Of a DNA stretch of 50,576 bases, positions 38,815 through 50,576 are shown one piece after another (within the stretch, counting starts at the first letter, position 1; each line of letters opens with the position of its first letter). Under the pieces are notes generated by a model. It made no database searches, was not told where the DNA came from, and was given only the letters and a program-made list of their open reading frames with translations. A program made the position numbers and the translations under genes. Origin of the DNA: Octopus bimaculoides. Taxonomy: Eukaryota. The stretch lies in NCBI RefSeq assembly GCF_001194135.2, contig NC_068993.1, positions 29,117,077 to 29,167,652 on the forward strand, given 5' to 3'.

Positions 38815-39213
38815 CTCTTTACTCTTTACTCTTTACTCTTTTACTTGTTTCAGTCATTTGACTGTGGCCATGCTGGAGCACCAGCTTTAGTCGAGCAAAT
38901 CGACCCCGGGACTTATTTGTAAGCCTAGTACTTATTCTATCGGTCGCTTTTGCCGAACCGCTAAGTTATGGGGGACGTAAACACACCAGCATCGGTTGTC
39001 AAGTGATGCTTGGGGGGCAAACACAGACACACAAACACACATATATATACATATATATGACGGGCTTCTTTCAGTTTCCGTCTACCAAATCCACTCACAA
39101 GGCTTTGGTTGGCCGGAGGCTATAGCGGAAGTCACTTGCCCAAGGTGCCACGCGGTGGGACTGAACCCGGAACCATGTGGTTGGTAAGCAAGTTACTTAC
39201 CACACAGCCACTC
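38815..39213 (-). mobile_element. Full-length tRNA-derived SINE with an internal (AT)/(AC) tract and a (GAGTAAA)n tail
   Basis: The minus strand starts tggctgtgtggtaag (A box) and ggttccgggttcagtccc (B box), followed by the ggcaccttgggcaagtg core. The 3' half matches 71-290. Confidence 0.88.
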
Positions 39214-40046
39214 CTGTGCCTTGTCATTGTCATTTCTTTTTTTTTTTTTTTTTTCGCCAAACAAACACATGCACTATATATTATATTCGTTCTTCACTCG
39301 TTTATTGCTGTTCTTATTTTAACTTGTATCCATTGTCTGGAAAGCTTTCATCACACATCTGTGACCTTTTTAGCAACACTTTCCATCCTCATGTGTGCTC
39401 CTGCTCCACTTAGTTCATTCTGTTCTTCTGTTTTTTGCTAAGTGTTTCTGAATAAAGTGTAATAGGTCAGACCTTTTAGATGTCCCTATAGGGTGCTTTG
39501 AATTATTTATGTTAACAGCCTGCTAGCCATGTTTAATTTTATAGAATTACAATTATACAAGGAGGATAGTCTAATCTTAATGTATAATATAAATAATCAC
39601 TAATTACACAGACTTAAAAAGAATTTAATTAATACTTTTAGAAGTTTTAACCTTAAAAATGCTAATAGTAACATAGTGAATGTATTAGATGTTACATTCA
39701 ATCTAACTTCAGACATTTACTGCCATTAATGAAATTGTATATCATATTCACAAAAACTTGAATCACTCCTACCATTCTGAAAACGTTACCTATAAGCATT
39801 ATCCATTGAATTTTCAGATTATCTTCCCATGAAGAGATGTATAACCATACTGCTGTATGAAGCTTTAAATAAAAGCAGCTCAGAATTGAACTCAAAACTG
39901 AAAAACAGAATAATAACAGTCCTTTCTGCTATAAGGCACAAGGCATCTCCAAACAGATCCCCTAATGCAGGCAACACCAGAAGGAAAGTTATATGACAAA
40001 GTCCATCTTTCAGTTTGAATGGCAGATCTAACATTGCCCCATCCTT

Positions 40047-40114
40047 TCTAAATTTAGTCTATAAACACTTCCACAAAATTTCTAAATTTAGTCTATAAAC
40101 ACTTCCACAAAATT
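40047..40114. repeat. 34-bp direct tandem duplication
   Basis: tctaaatttagtctataaacacttccacaaaatt occurs twice in succession. Confidence 0.9.
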
Positions 40115-40899
40115 TTTGATAGATATAATTTTAAAATAAGCTACAGATGAATGTAATTTTACTTTTTTTGCTAGTAATTAATTTCTTCTCCATATATGAT
40201 TTTTCACTCCAATACAACTGTACTGACAGAAGTTCAAGTCATCTAAAATAGTAAATGCTTTCGAAAAATTGTTAGATACTGTGGGTTTCCACATGCTAAG
40301 GTTCCCACCAATAACATTAACACAAAGTGCTACATAGGTTTTACTGAGAACTCTTTTACATTCACATATATTTAGCATGCATACATACACATTTAGACAT
40401 GAATATAGAAAACACACAACAAAATTATTGAAATACATCTGGAATTCAAAAGTATCACTAGCTACAAAAATTGTTGAATCCACAACTGCTTTATCAATTG
40501 GCCATAAGTCCCTCCTTTGTACATTTAAAAATGTTCAATAACACAGACTCCTAACCAGTTAAATTCTAAATGGAACTTGAGATCATCATGCTCATGTACA
40601 AAATTTATCCTACAGTTCTTCAAGTTATGTACCAGGCAACATCGAACATTTTCTTAAAAGATAACTTTGGAACCTGTCACACGTTTACCCTTCCACTGCC
40701 TTTAATCTTTGCTTATATTCATTTTCATCTTTCTTCTTTTAATGCCATGCTTTAATCCTACCCAATGACCTATATACATGTCCCTTACACTCCCACCAAC
40801 TCTTGCATATCCCTGCATATAAGTAATTTGTTTACATATTCCAATGATATTAGAAATGTTAATGAGTTAAGAATACTTATTAGTTATAATTTATTTATT

Positions 40900-41495
40900 G
40901 GTAATAATTATAACCTACACCTCTTATGTAGATGCAGCAAGTGTGAAGAAGGAACAAATGATAGTAAATTAAATGAGGACAAGCATAATAATGCATGTAA
41001 ATCTGCCAACCATTGGTGAACCACAATACAACCCTTCTTATTCCTCGCAGATACAGGCAAATGTATTCATACAGTTACGTAATTTGAAACAGATTTGTCA
41101 TTGCCTAATTTATGAATCAAGGGATTTACCCACAGTGATCTCCCTTGGCAAACATTCTAGAAGATTCTAAGAAATTGGATTTATGTCCCTTTTACTAATC
41201 CCAGTGAACCGTGGAATGTTCTAGAATGTAATTTAGTCACCAGGGGGAGCCAACAGTTTCAGGACTATATATTGAATAGCCACAGAACATCAATCTGTCT
41301 TCGATCACCAGACCTTGTGCTAGACATATCTTTGTGTTGAGAGCACATAGGCTTTGCTATACATGGCCCAAGGCACCAAATGCCTTAGAGGAGCAACCTA
41401 ATACCTCATAGGTATTAAGTCACACAACATGCACACAACTTGCTTTTACACGAGAACTAAACCTAAGAGGCATACAAAATTCTATCGTACATTTT
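40900..41495 (+). mobile_element. Possible Penelope-like element remnant (GIY-YIG region and 3' end)
   Basis: Degenerate blocks (NLVTRGANSFRT..NSHRTS resembling Y.G.T...F+.R...H..SF; RTKPKRHTKFY resembling CRH..KF). Weak. Confidence 0.4.
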
Positions 41496-41654
41496 AATTT
41501 ACCTTCTACAGATGGAATGCGACTAGATAATATGTACTCATTCTTCATTTATGTACCACTTCAACCGAAGCATGGTATTGGTGAATTCCTACCTGGTTCT
41601 GAATTGGTATTAAATTATTAGTGAGGTTCAAGAATGGCTCTTTCATCATCTTCA

Positions 41655-42330
41655 TCATCATCATCGTTTAACATCCGCTTTCCATGTTAGCATGGGTTGG
41701 ACGATTTGACTGAGGATTGGTGAAACCAGATGGCTACACCAGGCTCCAATCTGATTTGGCAGAGTTTCTACAGCTGGATGCCCTTCTTAACACCAACTAC
41801 TCCGAGAGTGTAGTGGGTGCTTTTACGTGCCACCTGCATGAAGGCCAGTCAGGCGGTACTGGCAATGACCATGCTCAAAATGGTGTATTTTACGTGCCAC
41901 CTGCACAGGAGCCAATCCAACGGCACTGGCAATGATCTCGCTCGAATGTCTTTACACGTGCCACCGGCAGAAGTGCCNNNNNNNNNNNNNNNNNNNNNNN
42001 NNTGCATAGGTACCATCACGATTTCGCTTTCACTTGCCCCAACAGGTCTTTGCAAGCCGAGTTTAGTGTCCAATGAAGAAGATGACATTGGCATGGGTGC
42101 CAGTCATCGAATTTAGTTCGATTTCGATTTCACTTGCCTCAACAGGTCTTTGGAAGCGAAGTTTAGTGTCCAATGAAGGAAGGTACGCATAAGTGGGCTG
42201 GCTACACCCCTGGCAGAGGCCTTGGATTTAGGTCTCACTTGGTTTGCCGGGTCTTCTCACGCACAGCATATTTCCAAAGGTCTCAATCAGAAGTCATCGC
42301 CTCGGTGAGGCCCAATGTTCAAAGATCTAT
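41655..42330 (-). mobile_element. RTE LINE 3' end with a (CAT)n tail; contains a 25-N gap at 41978-42002
   Basis: Same family as 19560-20130 (catcatcatcgtttaac.tccgctttccatg...; repeated ggcactggcaatgac units). Confidence 0.85.
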
Positions 42331-42824
42331 TCTTATTCAAGCCTGAATAAGTATTAGACTTATATAAAAAAAAATAAGTACTGGAGTCAATACTTTCGAC
42401 TAAAAATTCTTCAAGATGATGCCCCAGCTTAGCTGCAGTCTAATGACTTCTAACTAGTAAAAGATAATAGACAAAAGATGTTTATATAAAAATATAAGTT
42501 TTTTTTTTTTAAAACAGAGATGGGTGCACACATTACACCTTGCTACAAAGGAATACACATACACCTGTATGTTGCATTAACAACACTTGAGTTTTCTAAA
42601 CATCTGACGTTTTCTAACTCTTTTCAGAAACATGCAGAACATATTTGTGGCACATTTGTGAGTTGTGGTATGGTGGTTGAAAATATCTAGTTTGTCATAC
42701 AAGGGATTCATTGCTGAATCACTTTGAACATAGTTCTCCTTTATCAGTGCTAACATAGAGCTCAACAACCAACCAACTGTAAAAACATCAACTACAGTAA
42801 GGAGTCATCAGAAATCTAACTCAC

Positions 42825-42896
42825 CTTGAAACATCTGAGCATACTGGGGAAATCCTGTATAACGCAGCCATTTGCAGGCCTCTTTAGCTTCAATTT
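42825..42896 (-). CDS. STARD13: DLC1/STARD13 exon (72 bp, phase 1 to 1), start of SAM domain
   Basis: ctttctatttgcag|AAATTGAAGCTAAAGAG...TTTCAAG|gtgagt encodes xIEAKEACKWLRYTGFPQYAQMFQ, compared with IEAKEACDWLRA.GFPQYAQLYE in DLC1/STARD13. Confidence 0.94.
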
Positions 42897-43612
42897 CTGC
42901 AAATAGAAAGAAAATTGAAAATTTCTATGAGTGACAAAGGTAAAAGAAAAAGAATAAAGAAAAAACACCATAGTAACAAAAACAGAACAGTATAGAACAA
43001 GTCATTGGAGGAGCCTCTGTGTGGTCACTGAAGTTGCTGAGGATACACTGAATAATGTAACCTGAGGTACACCATACTTGCAAAAACAAAAACAAAAAAA
43101 CAAAACGAAAGAAAAAAATTGGATGATGGTCCCACTGCTATCATCACTGTTACCAATGCCATGGGCAGGGTGAGATATTTTGATGAAGATTGACTGTTGT
43201 CCATGCATGCAAGTCTCGTCTCTATGACACTGACATTCATCCAAGGGAAAGGCTGTTAACTTGGGCCAATACAGCTTGGTATGAACACAAAGAGTCAGAA
43301 AGATACCATGAAGCATATTCTAGAATCTCTAATGATTCTGCTAATCCACTGCTCTGAATCTGAACTCAAAGAACAGCGAGTCAAAACAAGTACTGCAAGG
43401 AATTCTATCTAATGATCTAATGACTCTGCCAACTAATCACATTCAACTCTACTGGGTTGACAAAAGTAAAACGTAGGGGTTGTTTTTGTATTTTCATGTC
43501 ACTAACATACAAAACAGCACACATATTGCATGCTATGTGCACAAAAGATAAATGAAAAGAGATTCAAGAAAAAAGAATAAGGGTATAAAAATGTGAGGTG
43601 GGGTAGACTTAC

Positions 43613-43705
43613 TGTGAAGAGGAGACACTCTACTGAAGAACTCATATCTTATGAAGGAGAGCCAATACCATCTACGGAGAAACCAGCCTCCTCTCTGGTT
43701 CACAG
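43613..43705 (-). CDS. Candidate upstream coding exon (93 bp, phase 1 to 1) of the same gene
   Basis: tttatttgttttgtgaaaag|CTGTGAAC...CTTCACA|gtaagt. It is stop-free in the frame that joins the SAM exon: (A)VNQRGGWFLRRWYWLSFIRYEFFSRVSPLH-K-IEAKEAC. I cannot confirm any homology. Confidence 0.4.
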
Positions 43706-44229
43706 CTTTTCACAAAACAAATAAAGCATACTAAGACACTTACATGATATGTACAAAGAATTTCCAAGCAAAGTATGAACCAAGAAGGAAATGAGATCAC
43801 ATTTCAAACACTATAAAAAAGAAAACTGCAGACAAATTTTACAAAGTGTTATAATTCAACAATCCAGAAGAAGCAGGTCTTCACTTGCCTACAATAACCT
43901 TCACAGAAAATTTTGTGATCTCTAATCATGAAAGAAGTGGGGGAAAAATTTCATCAGAAATGTAGGGTGCCCTTATCAATACATGTAGACATTTAATTTT
44001 TATATTGATATCTAATTTTAATTACTGTGCTTTATTATACTTCTTTTATTTATTCCATGTAAATATTTGTTTAAAGTTTTTAATTTGTTCCATTATATAC
44101 TGTACATCTTTGACTTTTGCCTTCATTTAATTTTTCTTTGAATTTTGTTTTTTTTGTATCTCTTTGAACCCTTGTGACTAATAAAGGAAAGGAATCTGGT
44201 TTAGTTTGGTTTGGTCTGGTTTGGTTCAG

Positions 44230-45566
44230 ACCTCCAGGTGATAGGAGCTAGGAAGAGGTTATGAGCAGGGTGGCCAATATTACATAGAAATGGGCGGAGA
44301 GAAAGCTGCCTCTGAAAGACTGCGGAAGAGGGGAGGGAATAGCGAATGTATACATCTCCTTGCTGATATACTGCTTCCTGACAGTTGTACCTTATCTCAA
44401 GAAAACCGACCAGATTGGAGTGCTTCTTTTCCAATACATACAGAAGGGTCAGGTTCTGCTGTTTAGGAAATTCCTCTGCTGTCAACAATCACGCTGTGGT
44501 GGCTTCAGGATGCTGTCTTTGATGATGCATCAGCATGTTCTATGATGGGGCCAATGACAATGAAAGGCAAATCAGTCTAAGCATCTTTCATGCAATGTGT
44601 TTCTCCACAGCTCATCTCCTTCACTAAACTGTAATCCTGGATCAAGTGTAGACCAAAAGTGGGTGTTTGGCATTTAGAATGTTGCCAGGTGCTCACACCA
44701 TTGAACCAGCTGAACAAAGTCATTAGCAGGGAAGCAACTCAAGATTTTTCTAGGGAGTTAGTTGAGGGTATGAGCAATGATGACCACTGGAGATTGACTC
44801 TGGACATTGATGAAAATAGTCTGAGTGGTCTCTTCTGGAGGGGTTTCAGGTTGAAAACTACAGACAACTTCCAAAAGCCCTTAGTATCGCATTACCTATT
44901 CAAGACAAGCCCTTCAGACATGGAAGTGCCAACAGCTAAATCTGTTCCAGATACATGTAGGGGAATAAAATCATCCTGCATACAATTATTGTGTGTCCAT
45001 GCATTGGTAATCTGTGGGCTTGTGTTGAGCAGTTACTATCTCATGCAAGATGAATCCAGCTGTCTGCTGAGTGTATACTGAAGATCAACACATCACCTTC
45101 TTTCTCTGCTTAATGGTTGTGGCAAAAGGAGCTGTGTGGTGAACCTATCTGAAGGTTTAAAGATAGGCCATTTCCTATCTGGCCAAGTTCTCATTAATTT
45201 CACTGAATATCATTTGAAGAGGAAGGTGAAAGTAGAGAGACAGGTGCTACCTTCTATTGTGTTTATCTAAATGGGCCTACACTGAGTATCCTTTTCTAAG
45301 TACGAGAGAAACTGCAAAAATGTGGGTCTGATGCCTTGGAGATGATAGAATAATCTGAGTCCTTGTGTGAGGTTTTCCCTGAGTAATCCAAGGTGGACTG
45401 TCCTGATAATGTGGGTCCTATCTCTTTATTTATCTTTCTGAATTCCATATTTATATCCTTTTTGTTGTTTCCATTTTTGATCAATGTAAACTCCTCTTTT
45501 TTGTATATTGTATTTTATCTTTTCATGTAGCCCTCAATGCCTTGGGCCTTTGTGGCCAATAAAAGA
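44230..45566 (+). mobile_element. 5'-truncated Tx1-like LINE 3' part
   Basis: LFRKFLCCQQSRCGGFRM and IKCRPKVGVWHLECCQVLT...FSRELVEGMSNDD are homologous to 49090-49500. The 3' end ggccaataaaaga matches 50182-50195. Confidence 0.7.
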
Positions 45567-45583
45567 ATTATTATTATTATTAT

Positions 45584-46821
45584 TTGCCTTTGCACAGCTT
45601 CTAATGCTGGAGATGTCTTATAGTGTCAGCTGTTCACTACCACCTCTTATTTTTCGAGCAGTTCCAAGCAGTGCTGTTTTATGCATGTGCTCCATCCTTA
45701 TTGCAGCCCCTATTTGTTCCACGTACTTCTCGAGATTTTTGCTCACTGTTACTAGGGCTCTGACAATTATTGGTACTACTGCTACCTTTTTCATCGACCA
45801 CAACTGCTTAACTTCCCAAGCTAACCTGTCATATCTCTCGAATGCATACCTTGTTGTCAGCTGGGCATGCTATATCTATGATCCAGCATGGTTTGTTTTC
45901 TTTCTCAATTAAGACTATGTCCGGCTTCCTATTCTCTATCTCATGGTTGCACTGAATCATGAAATCCCATAGGATCTTTGCATTATCATTTTCGACGATG
46001 CCTTCAGGTTTGTGGTCATACCAATGTTTTACTCTGTCAAGTCCATACTTGTTGTAAAGTGTCCAATAGACAAGCCTGGCTATATTGTCGTGGCATCTCT
46101 TATATTCCTTCTGGGCTAGTGGCGTACATTGGCTGGTAATACGGTTTCACTGTTTTGTCCACAGATTCTGCACTTATCACTTTCTACTGTGTTGTCTATT
46201 TTGTATATTATGTAGTTCGTTCTTAGTGCTTGCTCTTGGGCAGCACAGATTAGAGCCTCTGTTTCTGGTTTTAAATCACTTTTAGTCATCCACAGCATCT
46301 TTTTTCTTTGTCTGTCTTATCTTCAACATCCCTATGAAATTGACCATGCATTCTTTTCTTTACCCACCTATTTTCAGTTTCATTCGTTTTCAATTTCTTG
46401 TATAGTGCTTTATCTTTGCAATATTTCATCCTACACAAACCTGACTTTCTTACTTATAATAATGGTTCTATGGCATTTTTTACATACCATGCTATGTTGT
46501 TTTCTTCTGCTCTAATGCTGTATTCGCATCCTCTTCCCCCTCTTTTTCTTGGTACATACAGTCTGTCTGTGTCACGTTTTTGGGTGGAGTGACCCATATC
46601 TAGTTAGCAATTTCCTTGTCTTTCTGTCTAAGCTATTTGGTTCGTCTACTGTCCATGCAAGTACTGCTGCTCCATATCTAAGGAGTGAAACTGCCCAGGT
46701 TTTGATAGCTTCGATTTTATTCTGTCCATTTAATTTCAACTTAAGGATCAGTCTCAGTCTGTGCACGTACTCCACTTATAATTTTTCTGTCATTTCTTTC
46801 TCCGTCAATTTATCCATTTCC
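45584..46821 (-). mobile_element. 5'-truncated R4/Dong-type LINE flanked on both sides by (AAT)n
   Basis: KLKLNGQNKIEAIKTWAVSLLRY, LDRKTRKLLT.Y.SLHPK, LKPETEALICAAQEQALRTNY...CRICGQ, KTALLGTARKI. Confidence 0.9.
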
Positions 46822-46850
46822 ATTATTATTATTATTATTATTATTATTAT

Positions 46851-49800
46851 ACTTCTGGTTGGAAGGCTAGAATGTCAGTGGAAGCTTGACAGGTATTTTT
46901 GTAATCAAAACTACTGTCTTCATTGATATTGTTGTTTAAAAGGGAGCGTAAGACAATAGTCTTTGTCCCCAGAAAAAAGAACTAAGAAATATTAGGGCCT
47001 TGTGCCCAAATATTAGTATTTACAAAATGTTTACATATTTACAAGTGAAAAATGGCATGGATGGGTGTGACTTTCTAATGCAAAACAAAGCAGTTTGTGA
47101 CAGCAGGAAAAGTCACAGAAATGTAATTTTCGCTGAAACAAGTAACAATTTTGAGGACAAATTGATAACAAATTCAAAAGCACCACAGAATCTATGGACA
47201 GTGATAAAATTAACCACAAAGAACAAAGAAGTATTACGACAGAGAAAAGTGACATGATGGAGAACATAATCACTCGATAGTCGAACAGACAACAAAAATG
47301 TAACTGCCAACTCCCTATACAGAAACAATGTGGAAAACACCATGATAACTGATAACACAGAAAATAACAACTCCAACAACACGGAGCAGAGAAGCTTAAC
47401 AGAAAAACAATAACTGAACGAACAACAACAAAAACATCAATGAGAACACAACCAATACCAATGTTAAACACCAGCAAAAGAGAGGCAGGTGTATTTGGAA
47501 GTAACAATAGCAGTAACAACATGATCGATTCCACCACCACCACCATCAACAGTGGGAGCAGAACAAGTACTTTTGCAACAGTAGCTGTGAAATGCCAACA
47601 AAATTACTATGCGATAGACACCTTAAACAAAGAGATGTTAGCGCTGGCCCACAAACTCATAGAAAGAGAAAATACCTGGGCAAACCTTGCAATCTCAGCT
47701 CAAGTAGAGGTAGAGATTGAGAAGAGGACAGCAAAGTATAGGTGCGTCTCGGAGAGGAGAACAAGCCTCCCACCTTCAGGTGGAGATGGCACTGAGATCA
47801 GTCGCAGAGGATGTTAAATTCATTCAAAGGGCTTGAAGTTTTGGTACCATCTCGGTCCTTTTTAAAACAGAAGTGCTGGCCATGAAGCATTCGGTGAGAC
47901 CACATAAAACTGACCAGCTTATAATGTACCCATCCTACATGGGCAGAAGAACAATAAAAGTTTGAGTCCCCGGAATAACACCAGGTATCAACATATGGTG
48001 GCTGATGGGATGCGTGATTGTGGAGGACAGTGACACCCTCCTCCTAAAAGTCCAATGGATGCAAAGAGAAGACTGAGTTGGGATGGATTTGGAAATGCTA
48101 ATCCAAATAAAACCCAAGACTTGGAAAACATCCCAGACCATGTCTGTCTCAAGGATGGGACAAAATTACCCTTGATCACTGAGGGCACAAGCACTACATC
48201 TACAAGCATGCTGGCCTCAGCAAAAAAGTACAGAAGTTCATAGACCTCCATTGACATCAACACCAAGGCTGGGAAAACAAAAAAAACAGTACCAGCTGTA
48301 GAAAGATCACCAACAACAACAGGGAAAGCAGCAAAAATAGTAAGAATGGTGGAAGCAGCGGCAGGTGTAACAACAGCACCAGCAGGAAAGCCGTTGGAGA
48401 TGTCAACCACGAAAATCAACAACTCGCAACCAAGCTCAACAACTGCCACCTCTCACAAACAAGCATGAAGAAAAAGATACACATACAAACACGAATTCAC
48501 TACCACAAAGAGAGGAGGCGGTTCCAACAGACACTGGTTCTACTACATTAAAAAGTGATGATGAGGGGAAATAGATTAAATCCAAAAACCGAAAAGAAGT
48601 TACAGAGGCGAGACATCTTGTCCTGCACCAAAACAAGATAACAAAGAAATTACACACACCCACAACAAACAAATACTCAGACAACTCCTGCAGTACTACA
48701 AGCATCAAAAATCCCACTGCAGACAGAAAAAAATTCCAAAAGGAAATTCACACAACAAATGCAACTACACCACAAATGCAGCTAACTTCGTGTTAGTAAG
48801 GAGGGCCAACAAAAAACTGATGGTCCTCTTATCATGAAGAGAAGACATTGAAAAAGGTGGGTGGAAATCTTCATGGACTAGCACGTGCAGTGTGCTAAAG
48901 GACTTAATGATGGTGATGATGGATTTGGACACTTTCCAAACAATAAAGGATGCCTTTCCAGATGATGTAGGGATCCCTCAAGTAAATGTCAATGTAAGGC
49001 TTCTACAAGGGTTCTCAAAGGAGCTCAACGAAGAAATGACAGTGGGACTACCTGTCGTCTCTTGCCCCAGTTTGTGGATGAATGGGCTGGAGCACTTGCT
49101 CTTCTGCTTCTTGTGAAAGGGGAAGGTACTGCATGTCAGTCCATTTGCTGTCAGCACCCATTGTGTGGAGAACTGGGCATGCCATGGCTGATGATACGCA
49201 GACATGCGCTGACGCTGCAACATCTCCAGCAATACCTTAACAGTGAGAAGATGTGGTCGCTGTTTGTTGGACGCGCTTTTCTGCAGCTCGTCTCCTTGAT
49301 GGAATGACAGTCCTTGATCAGGTGTAGACCGAGGCAGGGTGCTTGGCACCTAAGGTGTCTGCAAGCGCTCACAGCCCTCGGCCAGTCAGGCAATGCGATC
49401 AGTGGAAGTTCCACCTTGGAGTTCTATAGGAGATTAGTAGAGGGCAAGAGTGACGATGTTCTGGGCATTGGGAGGGATAAGCTGACCTGTCTCTTCCAGA
49501 GGAAGAGACCTGCGGGGGAGGTCTGCCAGTTCATGATAAGCTCTACAGGTACAGGTGTGCTTGTCTGAGTTGTATGTGGAGTGTCCATGCATTGCTGGCC
49601 TGTGGAGCTTTGTCGAACAGTTATTGCCATGTGTAGGATGGATCCAACTATCGTCTGAGTTCATCGTAAAGATCACCCTGCCTCCTTCCTTTAGCCGGGA
49701 AGGACAAGGAGTTTTTCCCTGTCTGGTGGCTATGGCAAAAGAGGTTGTGTGGTTGACATGATTGAAAGGGCTGAAGACAAGTATCTTCCTCTTTGGCCAA

Positions 49801-50196
49801 GGCATCATTGACTGTTTCAGATTCCACCTGTAAAGTAAAGTGAGGCTGGAGACAGAGGTGCTGTCACCCAGTAAATTTGTTGAAAGGTGGGGGAATGTGG
49901 CAAGAATGGCCCATGTGAATGGGCCTACTCTAAGTGTGTGCCTGTAGGCCGGATGAAATCAGGAGGAAAGGGGTGCTTACCAGAGGTGCCTTTGGTGTTA
50001 GAGGGTCCAAAGTGTATGAGGTTCCTTTGGTCACCTCTTCGTGGAACTCCCCCTTATTGGGGAAGTGCATTGCTGCTTTAATCTCCTTCTTAATTGTTAT
50101 TTCTTTTTTTGCTGTTTACACATTTAACCCCACTGTTCCTTGTCTGTATATTGTCCTTTATGTTTCGTGTTCAGCCTTGGTGGCCAATAACAAAAG
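46851..50196 (+). mobile_element. Internally deleted Tx1-like LINE: T/N-rich ORF1, degenerate APE start, post-RT region and 3' UTR
   Basis: ORF1-like NIPDHVCLKDGTKLPLITEG followed by a Thr/Ser-rich tail. ORF2 C-terminal ICCQHPLCGELGMPWLMIRRHALTLQHL and SKFVERWGNVARMAHVNGPTLSVCL*. No RT core (YADD) seen. Clade assignment is from recalled motif similarity. Confidence 0.6.
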
Positions 50197-50209
50197 TATT
50201 ATTATTATT

Positions 50210-50576
50210 GTTCAGTAGTTTTATTTTTATAACGTGCTTTCACTTCACTACCGAGTGCAGCTCCGTGCGCCTTGGGTATGTGCTGTGGTTTGCTGTGGTG
50301 TTCTTATGGTTACTGTATTGAAAGTGTTTTGCGTAGGATGTGTGCAGTGCCCAGTAGTGCAATTTTCTGTATGTTATACATATTTGTAAGTCCTGGTGTT
50401 TTTGTTATGTATTTGTCTGAATACTTTTTTATTATACCTAAGGCACCTACTATAATAGGAATTGTTTCTGTTTATAGATTCCACATTCGAGTTACCTCTA
50501 TTTCCAGGTCTTTGTATTTTGAAAGTTTTTCCATTTCTTTTAGAGAGACGTTGTCATCTGCTGGTATTGATACATC
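50210..50576 (-). mobile_element. 3' end of a young R4/Dong-type LINE, continuing past the window end
   Basis: DVSIPADDNVSLKEMEKLSKYKDLEIEVTRMWNL.TETIPIIVGALG. Near-identical to 7305-7600. Confidence 0.88.

Noticed and set aside
43002-43316. Overlapping ORFs and a strong pyrimidine tract as an extra N-terminal exon
   Set aside because: I found no good donor in a frame compatible with the phase-1 SAM exon. The frames tried hit stops or only a weak GT.
48860-49090. Twin-priming inversion of an RT segment within the Tx1-like element
   Set aside because: The minus-strand similarity to RT motifs is very weak, and the plus strand reads equally well as a degenerate APE start.

Overview
AT-rich eukaryotic genomic DNA with four assembly gaps. 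The SINE, LINE and microsatellite content is typical of an octopus (coleoid cephalopod) genome; this is an inference. The window lies within the N-terminal part of one minus-strand gene, a DLC1/STARD13/STARD8-family RhoGAP (Drosophila cv-c ortholog). I could splice four exons by hand: 42896-42825 (72 bp), 27286-27205 (82 bp), 18944-18884 (61 bp) and 1458-354 (1105 bp). All have AG/GT boundaries and compatible phases, and they give an intact SAM domain plus the Ser-rich linker with SIYDNV and LD-like motifs. There is also a candidate upstream exon at 43705-43613. The RhoGAP and START exons lie outside the window. The introns are filled with decayed mobile elements: R4/Dong-type RLE LINEs, RTE LINEs, Tx1-like LINEs, Penelope-like fragments, a Gypsy remnant, mariners, hAT/MITE pieces, tRNA-derived SINEs and a Helitron-like element. 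I found no convincing wholly new biological system. The best leads are (i) an alternating Tx1(+)/R4(-) retrotransposon stack joined by (ATT)n tracts at 44.2-50.6 kb, (ii) a Helitron-like element that joins a charged N-terminal ORF directly to a Pif1 helicase with no Rep domain, (iii) the unannotated aromatic-rich candidate exon, and (iv) inverted repeats that could support ADAR editing or an in-frame 1248-nt circRNA. Element boundaries were read by eye and are approximate unless stated otherwise.
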